NCBI GenBank assembly: GCA_965223265.1 | Contig: OZ244999.1 | Location: 7,104,001-7,168,000 of the forward strand | DNA from: Planctomycetota bacterium | GTDB taxonomy: Bacteria > Planctomycetota > UBA8108 > SXIK01 | Reading direction: 5' to 3' | DNA length: 64,000 nt | Part shown: positions 42,271-50,580 of the stretch, in pieces | Layout: the number at the start of each line of letters is the position of its first letter | Position numbering within the stretch: the first letter of the stretch is position 1 | The notes under the pieces: generated by a model | What the model was told of the DNA's origin: nothing | Seen by the model: the letters and a program-made list of their open reading frames with translations, nothing else | The model's database searches: none | Position numbers and translations under genes: made by a program

Positions 42271-42406
42271 GCTTAGGCACGATCTCGGCGGAGCCCGTAC
42301 GCCGGAGATCGACAAGCAGTGGCGATCGACGGCTGGTGAGCGACGACGAAAGAGTGTCATAACGGGGAGCGTTTCTCGGAATCGGGCTCAGCGAGTGAGT
42401 TGAAGG

Positions 42407-43186
42407 GTGCGCACGAACTACATAGCAGGCAACTGGAAAATGCACAAAACGGTTGCCGAATCGCAGGCCATTGCGACCGAAATCGCGCGCCGTTTGCCCG
42501 CAGGCGATACGCCAAGAGTCGGTCTCTTTCCGAACCTGATTTCACTCGCTGCAGTGGCACAGGCTGTGGAGGGAGCAGCCCATCACGTCACCGTCGGAGC
42601 ACAGAACATCCATTGGGAACGCCGTGGCGCGTTCACCGGCGAAACCGCCGCCGAAATGGTGCTCGGCGGCGGCGGCGAAGCGACGCTCGTCGGCCACTCG
42701 GAGCGTCGCCACGTCTTCGGCGAGACGGACGCCGAAACGGCGAAGAAAGTAGCGCGGGCGCTCGACGCCGGCCTGGAGCCAATCCTCTGCGTCGGGGAAA
42801 CCCTTGACGAGCGTGAAGCTGGTCGTACGACCGATGTCGTTCAGCGCCAGCTGAGCGCGGGACTAGAAGAGATTAAGGTGGCGGCAGACTTGTCTCGCGT
42901 CGTCATCGCGTATGAGCCGGTCTGGGCGATAGGGACCGGTAAAACGGCGACGCCCGCCCAGGGGCAGGAGGTCCACGAGTTCATCCGAGGCCACCTGCAG
43001 GGTCAATTCGAGCGATTAGGCGGAAGCGGAGAAGAAGTCCAGCAAACGTTGATTCTCTATGGCGGCAGCGTTAAGCCTGAAAACTCTGGCGAGCTCCTAG
43101 CCGAAAAAGATGTCGACGGCCTCCTTGTCGGAGGCGCCAGCCTCGAGGCAGACTCGTTTCTCGCGATCTGCGAGTCTTCGTTCTGA
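42407..43186 (+). CDS. tpiA: Triosephosphate isomerase
   Basis: AGNWKM, GAFTGE, GHSERR, AYEPVWAIGTG, YGGSV, LVGGASL. Confidence 0.98.
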   Translation: MRTNYIAGNWKMHKTVAESQAIATEIARRLPAGDTPRVGLFPNLISLAAVAQAVEGAAHHVTVGAQNIHWERRGAFTGETAAEMVLGGGGEATLVGHSERRHVFGETDAETAKKVARALDAGLEPILCVGETLDEREAGRTTDVVQRQLSAGLEEIKVAADLSRVVIAYEPVWAIGTGKTATPAQGQEVHEFIRGHLQGQFERLGGSGEEVQQTLILYGGSVKPENSGELLAEKDVDGLLVGGASLEADSFLAICESSF

Positions 43187-43190
43187 GTGC

Positions 43191-43218
43191 CCTGTTTTCG
43201 GCTCGAAGCACTGTTTCA
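43191..43218. mobile_element. Fragment of family-A MITE arm
   Basis: cctgttttcggctcgaagcactgtttca versus ccagttttcggctcgaagcactttttca in copy 4. Confidence 0.55.
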
Positions 43219-43219
43219 G

Positions 43220-43279
43220 TGAAACCCGGATGGCTCGATTGAAACCCCAGATGGCGCCTTGAAACCTCAGAAGGTACGA
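43220..43279 (+). repeat. Three TGAAACC boxes at exact 20-bp spacing
   Basis: TGAAACCcggatgg (43220), TGAAACCccagatgg (43240), TGAAACCtcagaagg (43260). Confidence 0.75.
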
Positions 43280-43296
43280 ATCGGAGACGGATCATA

Positions 43297-43830
43297 ATGC
43301 ACGAATTGCTTCTCGCGTTGAGTTGGACCGGCGTGACGCTGACGCTGCTCGGTGTCTTGGTCGTGATTCTTGGCCTGCTTCTGATCGCGATCATCTTGAT
43401 CCAGGATTCGAAGGACACTGGTTTGACGAGTGCGTTCGGCGGTGGCGGGTCCAGCAGTGCGCTCCTCGGCGCGCGAATGCAAAAAGGTCTCACCCGCATG
43501 ACGACCATCCTCGCGATTCTATTCGCAGGTTGCGTCATTCTCATGGGCATCATCGGCAACTGGGGCCAATCACGCTCGGTAGCGGAGCAAGACGAATCGA
43601 CCGCGACAGGCGACGCCTCTCCGGGCACGCCCGACGTCGACGCCGGGACTGGCGCCGAAACTGGCGCAGCGGGAGATGCCGACGGCGCCGTCGACGGCGT
43701 GGTCAACCCCCTCGAACCGTCTACCGACTCAGCGACAACGCCTAGCGGTGAAAGCGCAGGCGCGGTGGTGCCAACGACGCCTCCGGAAGGTGACGTCACC
43801 CCAACGTCGCCACCGTCAGACTCCGAGTAG
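43297..43830 (+). CDS. secG: Preprotein translocase subunit SecG with long acidic tail
   Basis: ILIQDSK..GL.SAFGGGG...LG....LTR.T, two to three TM segments, follows tpiA. Confidence 0.92.
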   Translation: MHELLLALSWTGVTLTLLGVLVVILGLLLIAIILIQDSKDTGLTSAFGGGGSSSALLGARMQKGLTRMTTILAILFAGCVILMGIIGNWGQSRSVAEQDESTATGDASPGTPDVDAGTGAETGAAGDADGAVDGVVNPLEPSTDSATTPSGESAGAVVPTTPPEGDVTPTSPPSDSE

Positions 43831-43888
43831 ACAATCAGCCAGGTCATCGTGGCTGTCATACAAAGCCGCGCCGACGCTGGAGGACGAA

Positions 43889-44056
43889 CAGCCCGTTGAA
43901 AAAGTCATTCGGCCGAGAAACTGCCCTCTTCACGCCCAGCTCGACGGCGTCAAAACGCGCCGAAACATCTTCTAGTCGCAGTATGTCTCGGGAGAGGATC
44001 CGGAAACTACCCGCGCATGCAGCAGTTCTCGATTCGAAGCACCTTGCAACAGGCTG
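43889..44056. mobile_element. Family-A MITE copy 5 (degenerate centre)
   Basis: CAGCCCGTTGAAAAAGTCATTCGGCCGAGAAACTG... and ...ttcgaagcaccttgcaacaggctg followed by CTAG. Confidence 0.85.
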
Positions 44057-44076
44057 CTAGGACGACGGAAAACTCC

Positions 44077-44967
44077 ATGCTGAAGAGCATGACTGGCTTC
44101 GGCAACAGCCGAATTGAAACGCCTGACTTCGTGCTGACGCTTGAGCTCAAGAGCGTCAACAACAAGTTTCTGAAGATTACTGGACGCGTCTCGGAAGAAT
44201 TCAGCTTTCTGCAACGCGAGATCGAAGAACGCATACGCCGCTACGTCGCTCGCGGTTCGATCCACTACGTCGCGCTTCTGGAACCAACGCACAACGCGGA
44301 TCTTTACGACATCGACATGGAAGTGCTTGAGAAGTACTCACGATCGCTCAAAGCCTCCGGCGCGCTCTCGTCAAGTTCCGGCGCGAACGACCTCGACCTG
44401 CAGGCGCTCCTGCCTCTGCCCGGCGTGGTTCGCGTGCGGGAGGCGGTGGAGGTGCAGCGCGACGCTCTCCTGCCGGTGGCTGAGAAGGGTGTGGACGAAG
44501 CAATGCAGGGGCTTGTGAGCATGAGAACACGGGAAGGGAAGCACCTTCACTCGGAGCTCAGCGCACGCGTTAACGGGATGACTCGTCAAGTTCAAGACAT
44601 CAGCAAGTTGGCTCCTGAGGCGGCCAGGGTCCACTACGCCAAGTTGACGCAACGCGTGAACGACCTTCTGGAAGGTACGGAAGTCGCGGTGAATCAGGAC
44701 GACGTCGTTCGCGAGGTCGCGATTTTGGCAGAGAAAGCTGACATCACCGAAGAGATCAGTCGATTCGAGAGCCATCTGATGCAGTTCGACGCGTCGCTCG
44801 ACTCCCCCGAGCCGATCGGCCGCAAGCTCGAATTCATCACTCAAGAAATGTTCCGCGAGTCGAACACCATGGCGGCCAAGTCAACGACTCCCGAATTGAG
44901 CCGTGCGATCGTCGACTTAAAAGCCGACGTCGATCGACTCAAGGAACAAGTCATGAACATCGAATAG
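44077..44967 (+). CDS. yicC: YicC/YloC family endoribonuclease
   Basis: MLKSMTGFG, KSVN.K, DITEE..R, GRKLEF..QEM.RE.NT..K, KEQVMNIE. Start ATG 44077. Confidence 0.95.
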   Translation: MLKSMTGFGNSRIETPDFVLTLELKSVNNKFLKITGRVSEEFSFLQREIEERIRRYVARGSIHYVALLEPTHNADLYDIDMEVLEKYSRSLKASGALSSSSGANDLDLQALLPLPGVVRVREAVEVQRDALLPVAEKGVDEAMQGLVSMRTREGKHLHSELSARVNGMTRQVQDISKLAPEAARVHYAKLTQRVNDLLEGTEVAVNQDDVVREVAILAEKADITEEISRFESHLMQFDASLDSPEPIGRKLEFITQEMFRESNTMAAKSTTPELSRAIVDLKADVDRLKEQVMNIE

Positions 44968-44982
44968 GGGCAAACAGAGCTT

Positions 44983-45597
44983 ATGTCGTCACACGGTGGA
45001 ACAGTCGTCATAGTCTCCGGCCCTTCAGGCGTCGGCAAGTCGACGCTGTGCGAGGAGCTGCTCAAGCTCCCGAGTTTTCGCCGCGTCATCACGTGCACAA
45101 CGCGGCCGCCGCGAGGAGCCGAGCGCGAAGGTGTCGACTACCACTTCCTCACTCACGACGAGTTCGAACGCCACATCGCAGATGGCGACTTCTTGGAGTA
45201 CGCGAAAGTTCATGACAACCACTACGGCACGCTGAGATCGGAAGTTTTGCGGCATCTCGCACCAGGAGTCTTCGTTCTGCTCGCAGTCGATGTTCAGGGT
45301 GCCGAAAGCCTCCGACGCGAGCCCATGTTTAAGGATGGGCGCGCCCGAGGAATCAGTATTTTCGTCGAGCCGCCGAACGAAAAGACGCTCGTGGAGCGAC
45401 TACGAGGCCGCGGGACGGAGAGCGCCGAGCAGGCTGACGCTCGGCTAGCTGCCGCGCGCGATGAGCTTCGCGAATCCGGCAAGTTCGACTTCGTCGTTAT
45501 CAACGACCAGCTCAATCGTGCGGTCGAAGAAGTTCTTCGACTTTTGGGAGTTTCACAAGACGTAGAGAATTCAGCCTCGAAGATTTCAAAAGCTTGA
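44983..45597 (+). CDS. gmk: Guanylate kinase
   Basis: SGPSGVGKST, TTRPPR..E..GVDYHF, YGT, DVQGA. Confidence 0.97.
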   Translation: MSSHGGTVVIVSGPSGVGKSTLCEELLKLPSFRRVITCTTRPPRGAEREGVDYHFLTHDEFERHIADGDFLEYAKVHDNHYGTLRSEVLRHLAPGVFVLLAVDVQGAESLRREPMFKDGRARGISIFVEPPNEKTLVERLRGRGTESAEQADARLAAARDELRESGKFDFVVINDQLNRAVEEVLRLLGVSQDVENSASKISKA

Positions 45598-45747
45598 ACG
45601 CCGAGCCGCTCGAGCAGCTGCCAGAGGAATGAGGAGGTGACATACCCGGTGACACTTGATCCAATGAATCAAACACGTTCCGTATCGAATTTGGACTCGT
45701 CCGAGTCAGAAAAAGCCTATCCGAGAGATCATTCACAAGAGGGGAAC

Positions 45748-46125
45748 ATGCTCGACATTGATTTGGAAGAAGCCCTGGTAGAGAAAGTCGGTGGCAAGTT
45801 CGCTCTCACCTCGCTGTTGCAGAAGCGTATGGTCGAGCTGAATCGAGGGGCACTGCCGCTGATTCAATGTGACACCGAGGACGAATCGAAGGATCTCCGC
45901 CGTCTCGCCTGTCGCGAGATTCTCGAAGGAAAGATCGTGCTGGGTCCCCGTGACGAGATTCAGCATGTCGTCGAGGAAGAGCCTAGCTTCCCCGACACAC
46001 CGCCTGAAAAGAGCGAAGCGCCGGTCGAAGGCGAAGAGTCACAAGAGGTCTACGGCTCCGACATCAAAAAGATCAAGGAGCAGCGAATCAGAGAGCTGGC
46101 TCAGCTTCTCAATCCGAAGAAGTAG
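45748..46125 (+). CDS. rpoZ: RNA polymerase omega subunit with C-terminal extension
   Basis: KVGGKFALTSLLQKRMVEL..G, EI.EGKI; lies between gmk and coaC; GAGGGG RBS. Confidence 0.88.
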   Translation: MLDIDLEEALVEKVGGKFALTSLLQKRMVELNRGALPLIQCDTEDESKDLRRLACREILEGKIVLGPRDEIQHVVEEEPSFPDTPPEKSEAPVEGEESQEVYGSDIKKIKEQRIRELAQLLNPKK

Positions 46126-46370
46126 CGGGTCTGTCGATCAAACAGCTGCTGAAAGTCGTTCGGTAGAGCAGCTTGCCACTTTGCGCAATTCGACAGCGTT
46201 GTTCGTGCGGTAGTATGGATCTTGAGGAATCGGGTCGTGAGCGGCGCGCACGGGGGCGGGCAGCGTGCCGTTCGGTTTCCCTCCATCGCCGATAGAGGCC
46301 CCAGACGCAACTCGCAAGCGAAGCGGCGAGGATGTCGCTACGAGTCTCTCGAACAGACGGAAGGTTCCTG

Positions 46371-46913
46371 ATGGCCAACATCTTGCTCGGCGTCTCTGCC
46401 GGTATCGCCGCATACAAGAGTGCGGACTTGGCGTCCAAGCTGACGCAAGATGGCAACGAAGTACGCGTCATCCTTACGGCGCACGCGCAGAAGTTCATCA
46501 CCGCCTTGACCTTCCGCGCCGTCACCCAGCAGCCAGTGTACGTCGATACGTTTGAAGACGATCCGGCATATCGCCCGGAGCACATCGCACTGCCGGAGTG
46601 GGCCGACCTTGTCGTTGTTGCACCGACGACGGCTGATCTCATCGGCAGAATGGCCGCAGGACTTGGCGACGACCTGTTGACCGTAACGCTCCTCGCCTGT
46701 ACTAAGCCAATCCTGCTGGCTCCCGCAATGAATGACCGTATGTGGGAGAATCGTATCGTGCAGGAAAACCTCAAACGGCTACGAGACGTTGGCTTTCACG
46801 TAATCGATCCCGAGCCCGGGCATCTCGCCTGCGGCTCTGTCGGCATGGGGCGACTGGCTGAGCCGGACAAAATCCTCGCGGTGATTCAGAAAACGATCGC
46901 GAAATCTCCGTGA
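46371..46913 (+). CDS. coaC: Phosphopantothenoylcysteine decarboxylase
   Basis: GVSAGIAAYK, HI.L, APTTA, PAMN.RMW, G.LACG..G.GR. Confidence 0.95.
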   Translation: MANILLGVSAGIAAYKSADLASKLTQDGNEVRVILTAHAQKFITALTFRAVTQQPVYVDTFEDDPAYRPEHIALPEWADLVVVAPTTADLIGRMAAGLGDDLLTVTLLACTKPILLAPAMNDRMWENRIVQENLKRLRDVGFHVIDPEPGHLACGSVGMGRLAEPDKILAVIQKTIAKSP

Positions 46914-47548
46914 CTCCTGCGTGCCGCCTCTTGATCACGGCCGGGCCAACGCGCGAAGCCATCGATCCGGTACGGTTTATCTCCAACGCGTCGAGCGGAC
47001 GTCAGGGCGTCGCCATCGCGCGCGAAGCGCTCAAAAAAGGTTGGCAAGTCGACCTTGTGCACGGACCTCTCGAAATCTCTGTTCCACGTGGCGTCTGCGC
47101 GCATCGGGTCGTCTCGACCGCGGAAATGATGGCCGCCTGTAAGTCGCTGCACAGCTCATGCGATGCACTGGTAGCAGCCGCCGCCGTCTGCGACTTTCGG
47201 CCACGTCAGTCCAGCGACACCAAGCGAAAGCGAGCGGGATCGAACTGGACCCTCGAGCTCCTCCCCACCGAAGACATCGCGGCCGAGCTAGGTCGAGAAA
47301 AAGGGCGGCGCGTACACGTCGGATTCGCGCTCGAGAGTGACGACGGCGAACGAAATGCCGCAGAGAAGCTCGCGCGCAAGAACCTCGACTGGATCGTGCT
47401 GAACGATCCGTCAGCCATTGGCGTCGACGCCGGCGTGTACACGCTGTTGGGTGCCAGAGGCCAAAAACGTGTGCTTGGCCAACTCCGCAAATCCCAGCTC
47501 GCCGCCCACCTGGTGGGTCTCATCGAAGAAGAGCTGGCGGCGAGATAG
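46910..47548 (+). CDS. coaB: Phosphopantothenate-cysteine ligase
   Basis: LITAGPTREAIDPVRFISN.SSG..G, AAAV.D, VGFALE, KL..K.LD.IV.N. GTGA overlap with coaC. Confidence 0.95.
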   Translation: MTPACRLLITAGPTREAIDPVRFISNASSGRQGVAIAREALKKGWQVDLVHGPLEISVPRGVCAHRVVSTAEMMAACKSLHSSCDALVAAAAVCDFRPRQSSDTKRKRAGSNWTLELLPTEDIAAELGREKGRRVHVGFALESDDGERNAAEKLARKNLDWIVLNDPSAIGVDAGVYTLLGARGQKRVLGQLRKSQLAAHLVGLIEEELAAR

Positions 47549-47693
47549 CCCGCGTTTCTCACGAGATTTCGTAGCGAAGAGCCGCAAGTCGTGTCGTGGC
47601 AAGGAAGGCTTTACGATTCGACCGTTGAGTCCGACCGAGGAGGGAGGACGAAAGCGCGACTTACGGTGCCGCAGTAGGAATCTTGTGAGAAAT

Positions 47694-47815
47694 GCGGGAT
47701 CGGGCTCCGCGGCCGCACACCAGCAAGCGGTAGCGAGCGCTGAGAAACGGCTCAAGGGCGGAGGCAAACATGCCGATAAACCCGGTACGGCGGCGCCGGC
47801 GGAGCCCGCTCCAGC
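47694..47815 (+). ncRNA. Candidate structured RNA in the ftsK leader
   Basis: Perfect 10-bp helix CGGGCTCCGC(47701-10)/GCGGAGCCCG(47799-808), continued by GCCGC/GCGGC, enclosing two small hairpins. Confidence 0.3.
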
Positions 47816-47840
47816 GTCCGAGAGAAGTCGAGAGAAGAGC

Positions 47841-50510
47841 ATGCAGCAAGAATCCCGTCGCGAGATGTTCGCTTTCTCAATGGTCGGCGTAGCTTCGTTC
47901 CTTTGGGTTTGCCTCGCAACCCACGAACCTGAGGACTACCTAGGGCCTTCTTTTCCAATCCACAACGCCTGCGGACCGTTCGGCGCTGCGGTGAGCTTTC
48001 ACCTCACCTCTTGGGTTGGTCACTTGGCGGCGTACGGACTGACGCTCCTCCTTGGGTCGTTAGGTGCCATCGCGCTGTTCAGACGCCAAGTGAAAGAATG
48101 GGGCTGGAAACTTGTCGGAATCTGCTTGCTGACACTCGCGCTGTCCGCACTTGAAGTGGCGCTCTACAACGACGCCGAACTACTCGGGACACTCCCTGGC
48201 GGATTCTATGGCCAATTCTTCTTCGAGTTTCTGATCGGCCAGCTGTCATCTTTCGGCACGTTTCTCATTCTGGCGCTCGTCATGCTCGTGGCGATCATGA
48301 TCTCGACCGACGCCGTCTTTTACCCCTTTCTCAGTCGTGCCGGTACCGTAGCCCTGGACCGCGAGCGATGGCAGAAAGCAGGTTCGCAAGTCAAGGGAGG
48401 ACTTTTGCAGCTGCCGCGCTTCGCCTCAACCGTGCGTGACAACCTACCCCGGCTCCAGGTGGGCGCTCGAACGACGACGAAAAAACGGTCGAAGACTTCG
48501 ACGAGTGCAGAGCGCAAGCGGACCACAGCGAAGAAGCGGCGCGGCGCCAAAAAACAGCACGACGAACTGGAAGCCGAGGCCGTCGAAGACGAAGAACTCA
48601 TAGGCGAAGAAGAAGAAGCTGATGAGGATCTCGCGCTAGAGGAAGCGGAGGACGAGGAGGAAGAGGAAGAAGAGGAAGAGGAAGAAGAAGAGGAAGAAGC
48701 CTCGCCTCCCAAACGAGACCGACCTCCTCTCGTCATCCACACCCAGACGCCCACTCCGACAAAGAGCGCGATCGCGAAACGCCCATCCAAGCCGCGACGA
48801 GCGGGGCCCTATCGGCTGCCACCACTGGATCTTCTCAAGAACAACCCGACGTCAGCCAAGGCGATCGACCGCCCGCGACTCGAGCAGACCGCCGAAAAAA
48901 TCGAGGCGACCCTACGTGACTTCAAGATCGAAGCAAGTGTCGTCGAAGTGCAGCGCGGTCCGACCATCACGCAGTACGAGGTAACGCTCGCCGCCGGCAT
49001 CAAGGTCAACAAGATCATCAACTTGGCCGACGATCTGGCGATGGCGCTCAAGGCGACGAGTATTCGCATCGTTGCTCCCATCCCTGGAAAGTCGACCGTC
49101 GGGATCGAGGTTCCCAACGCCAAGCGCAGTGCCGTGGGCCTCCGCGATCTCCTCGAATCGCCCGAGCTGCGCGACGAAGACTACAAGCTTCCTTTGGCAC
49201 TCGGAAAAGGCATCGCCGGCAACTGTGTCGTCAGTGATCTCGGCGATATGCCGCACTTGTTGATCGCGGGGTCGACAGGATCTGGCAAGTCGGTGTGTAT
49301 CAACTCCATCATTACGAACATCCTCATGACCCGGAGCCCAGACGAGGTCAAGATGATCCTCGTCGACCCGAAGATGGTAGAACTCGCGCCGTTCGAGAAC
49401 ATCCCGCACCTTCTCTGCCCGGTCGTCACCGACATGAAGAAGGCACCGGCGGTCCTCGGCTGGACGGTGGACAAGATGGAAGAGCGATACGAGCTGCTGG
49501 CGCTCGCAGGCGTCCGCCACATCGGTGCGTTCAACAACCTGGGAAAGGATCGACTTCACGAGCGTCTACTGAAGAAGCTCGAACCGCACGAGATCGAGAA
49601 CGTTCCAGAGTATCTGCCGTTTATCGTTGTGATCATCGACGAGCTCGCAGATTTGATGATGACGTCGTCGAAGGAAGTCGAGGCGTCGATCACGCGGCTC
49701 TCACAAAAATCTCGCGCTGTCGGAATTCATGTGATCCTTGCCACACAACGTCCATCGGTAGACGTGATTACCGGACTCATCAAAGCCAACATGCCGTCAC
49801 GAATCTCGTTCCACGTCGCCTCGAGGATCGACAGTCGAACGATCTTGGACCGCAACGGCGCCGAAAAGCTCCTCGGCAAGGGTGACATGCTCTACTTGCC
49901 GCCCGGAACGTCAGCTTTGCGGCGTGTCCAAGGCACTTTTATCTCTGACAAAGAAATCCGCGACGTGGTAGAATACGCCGTCCAACAAGCTGAGCCGCAG
50001 TTTAGCCCCGAGCTCAGCAAGTTCGGCATCGAAGGCGCGGACGGTGCTTGCGAAGAGGACGAGCTGTTCGAAGACGCCGTGCGCATTGTACTAGAATCTC
50101 AGCGCGGGTCTGTCACGCTCCTCCAGCGCCAGCTGCAAATCGGCTACACGCGTGCTTCGCGCCTGATGGAGATCATGCACGATCGGGGCCTGGTCGGCCC
50201 GTTCAAGGGAAGCAAGGCGCGGGAAGTCTACTACACTCTCGAAGAGTGGGAAGAAGCGAATGCTAAGCGCAAGCGGCAACAAGAATCAGCCGAGACAGCA
50301 GGATCAAGCGCAGAAGAAGACGTCGCTGACGCAGAGGACGAGGATATCGAAGACGACATCGAAGAAGAGGACGACGAGGAAGAAGAAGAGTACGAAGACG
50401 ACGGAGAGTACGAGGAAGAGGACGACGAAGACGACGAGGAAGAAGAAGAGTACGAAGACGACGGAGAGTACGAGGAAGAGGACGACGAAGACGAGCCACC
50501 TCGGAAGTAG
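47841..50510 (+). CDS. ftsK: DNA translocase FtsK
   Basis: 4TM N-domain (N.CG.FGA), PIPGKS.VGIEVPN, PHLLIAGSTGSGKS, IIDELAD, ATQRPS, gamma domain (LQR.L.IGY.RA). Start ATG 47841. Confidence 0.97.
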   Translation: MQQESRREMFAFSMVGVASFLWVCLATHEPEDYLGPSFPIHNACGPFGAAVSFHLTSWVGHLAAYGLTLLLGSLGAIALFRRQVKEWGWKLVGICLLTLALSALEVALYNDAELLGTLPGGFYGQFFFEFLIGQLSSFGTFLILALVMLVAIMISTDAVFYPFLSRAGTVALDRERWQKAGSQVKGGLLQLPRFASTVRDNLPRLQVGARTTTKKRSKTSTSAERKRTTAKKRRGAKKQHDELEAEAVEDEELIGEEEEADEDLALEEAEDEEEEEEEEEEEEEEEASPPKRDRPPLVIHTQTPTPTKSAIAKRPSKPRRAGPYRLPPLDLLKNNPTSAKAIDRPRLEQTAEKIEATLRDFKIEASVVEVQRGPTITQYEVTLAAGIKVNKIINLADDLAMALKATSIRIVAPIPGKSTVGIEVPNAKRSAVGLRDLLESPELRDEDYKLPLALGKGIAGNCVVSDLGDMPHLLIAGSTGSGKSVCINSIITNILMTRSPDEVKMILVDPKMVELAPFENIPHLLCPVVTDMKKAPAVLGWTVDKMEERYELLALAGVRHIGAFNNLGKDRLHERLLKKLEPHEIENVPEYLPFIVVIIDELADLMMTSSKEVEASITRLSQKSRAVGIHVILATQRPSVDVITGLIKANMPSRISFHVASRIDSRTILDRNGAEKLLGKGDMLYLPPGTSALRRVQGTFISDKEIRDVVEYAVQQAEPQFSPELSKFGIEGADGACEEDELFEDAVRIVLESQRGSVTLLQRQLQIGYTRASRLMEIMHDRGLVGPFKGSKAREVYYTLEEWEEANAKRKRQQESAETAGSSAEEDVADAEDEDIEDDIEEEDDEEEEEYEDDGEYEEEDDEDDEEEEEYEDDGEYEEEDDEDEPPRK
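50370..50494 (+). repeat. Perfect 60-bp tandem duplication in the ftsK acidic tail
   Basis: 50370-50429 is identical to 50430-50489 (encodes DDEEEEEYEDDGEYEEEDDE). Confidence 0.92.
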
Positions 50511-50580
50511 TCGTGGAGCGTCCAGCGGTCAGAGCAGGCAAGAGACGCGTAGAGACCTGATCGATTCAACGCCAAACACC

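Noticed and set aside
42275-42289. Sigma-54 promoter AGGCACGATCTCGGC
   Set aside because: GG-N10-GC spacing is right, but the -12 TTGC and the upstream T are missing.
43220-43279. Possible mini-CRISPR (GTTTCA/TGAAAC-like ends)
   Set aside because: Period is only 20 bp, with no 23-47 bp repeats or unique spacers and no cas genes.
43831-44076. tRNA-Leu often found after secG
   Set aside because: No cloverleaf or T-loop; the gap is occupied by a family-A MITE.
46371-47548. Split coaBC as a frameshifted pseudogene
   Set aside because: Both halves are complete with a GTGA start/stop overlap; separate coaC and coaB genes are a known arrangement.
50260-50556. K/T/R-rich N-terminal extension of RimO
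   Set aside because: Alternative frame of the ftsK acidic repeat.
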